The notes beneath the pieces were generated by a model. That model did not search any database. It was not told where the DNA came from and saw nothing but the letters and a program-made list of their open reading frames with translations. Shown here piece by piece: positions 63,311-64,000 of a stretch of DNA of 64,000 nt. Positions within the stretch are counted from its first letter, which is position 1. Every line of letters starts with the position of its first letter. The DNA comes from Mobula hypostoma. Taxonomy: Eukaryota. The position numbers were made by a program, and so were the translations under genes. Where the stretch lies: NCBI RefSeq assembly GCF_963921235.1, contig NC_086097.1, forward strand, positions 14,012,001 through 14,076,000, given 5' to 3'.

Positions 63311-64000
63311 CATAGAAATGTATTGGAGAAGCTCAAGACTTTTGAAAGTACACTTTAGTAAGGGCTAAGAAAGAAAAGGACTAATTAAGAGTCAGAGATG
63401 CTAAATTAACGAATAGGCTTCATTCTGGTCAGTGTAGCTGACTTACAGCAGTGAGGCCACTCTCCACCAGATTTCAGTATTTTTTTTCATACTACCACAA
63501 CATCCTTTTCACAGCTCAAAGGAACTTCATGTACAACCACAGCTGGCGTTTATATAACAGCTTTAATAACATCCCACTCACTCGACAGAGCAGTTAAGAC
63601 AATGCTTCGAAATTGGGAAGACATCAGAGGTGAAGTCCAAGGATGTGCTTGAAGAATGGAGGCTTCAAGGAGGCAGATGTGGAACAAGGAGGAGAGAGTT
63701 CAAGTCGCAAGATTACAGTGGATAATTCATTTACATGCAAGCTATCTTCCCAGAAACAAAGAAATAACAACACATTTTTCTTTTCCAATAATGAAAATGA
63801 TGTAAAGGTTGGAAGGTTTTTGCACCAGAACAGTGTGAATTCTATGCTATTAATGTGCACAGGAGAGAGCTGTTAATCAGCATGTTATCAGTACACCACA
63901 AGTATGTGGCCAATCTATTTACAATTTTTGAAGAGAAGGCAGGTCTCTGCTCATTTTCAAAGACAGTTTTCTCCAGTTCCTGTGAAGTGTGTGCGTCTGC

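Noticed and set aside
1..64000. Prokaryote-type systems (CRISPR arrays, operons, defence islands) or an endogenous virus gene
   Set aside because: There are no regularly spaced repeats and no long intact ORFs. All recognisable protein remnants are transposon-derived.

Overview
Eukaryotic non-coding DNA with a repeat inventory typical of a cartilaginous fish, most likely a ray (inferred from repeat families, not proven). I found no recognisable host protein-coding exon, rRNA, tRNA gene or CRISPR. Most of the window is a nested mosaic of retrotransposon remnants: CR1, Rex1/Babar, RTE, R4/Dong and Penelope-like (PLE, GIY-YIG) elements, V-type and Deu-type SINEs and RTE-derived bipartite SINEs. 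There are also two Tc1 remnants and a hAT MITE. TE-poor islands between them look like candidate conserved non-coding elements, suggesting a gene desert or large intron. The most interesting signals are RNA-structural. (1) PLE termini carry a minimal type-I hammerhead ribozyme motif with a palindromic ACGU stem III, intact at 38599-38634. (2) A TSD-flanked 68-bp-arm fold-back insertion has its symmetry axis exactly at the predicted hammerhead cleavage site. (3) RTE 5'-UTR-derived elements show folds reminiscent of a type IV (HCV-like) IRES and of an HDV-like ribozyme; both are speculative. Coordinates of degraded repeats are approximate.
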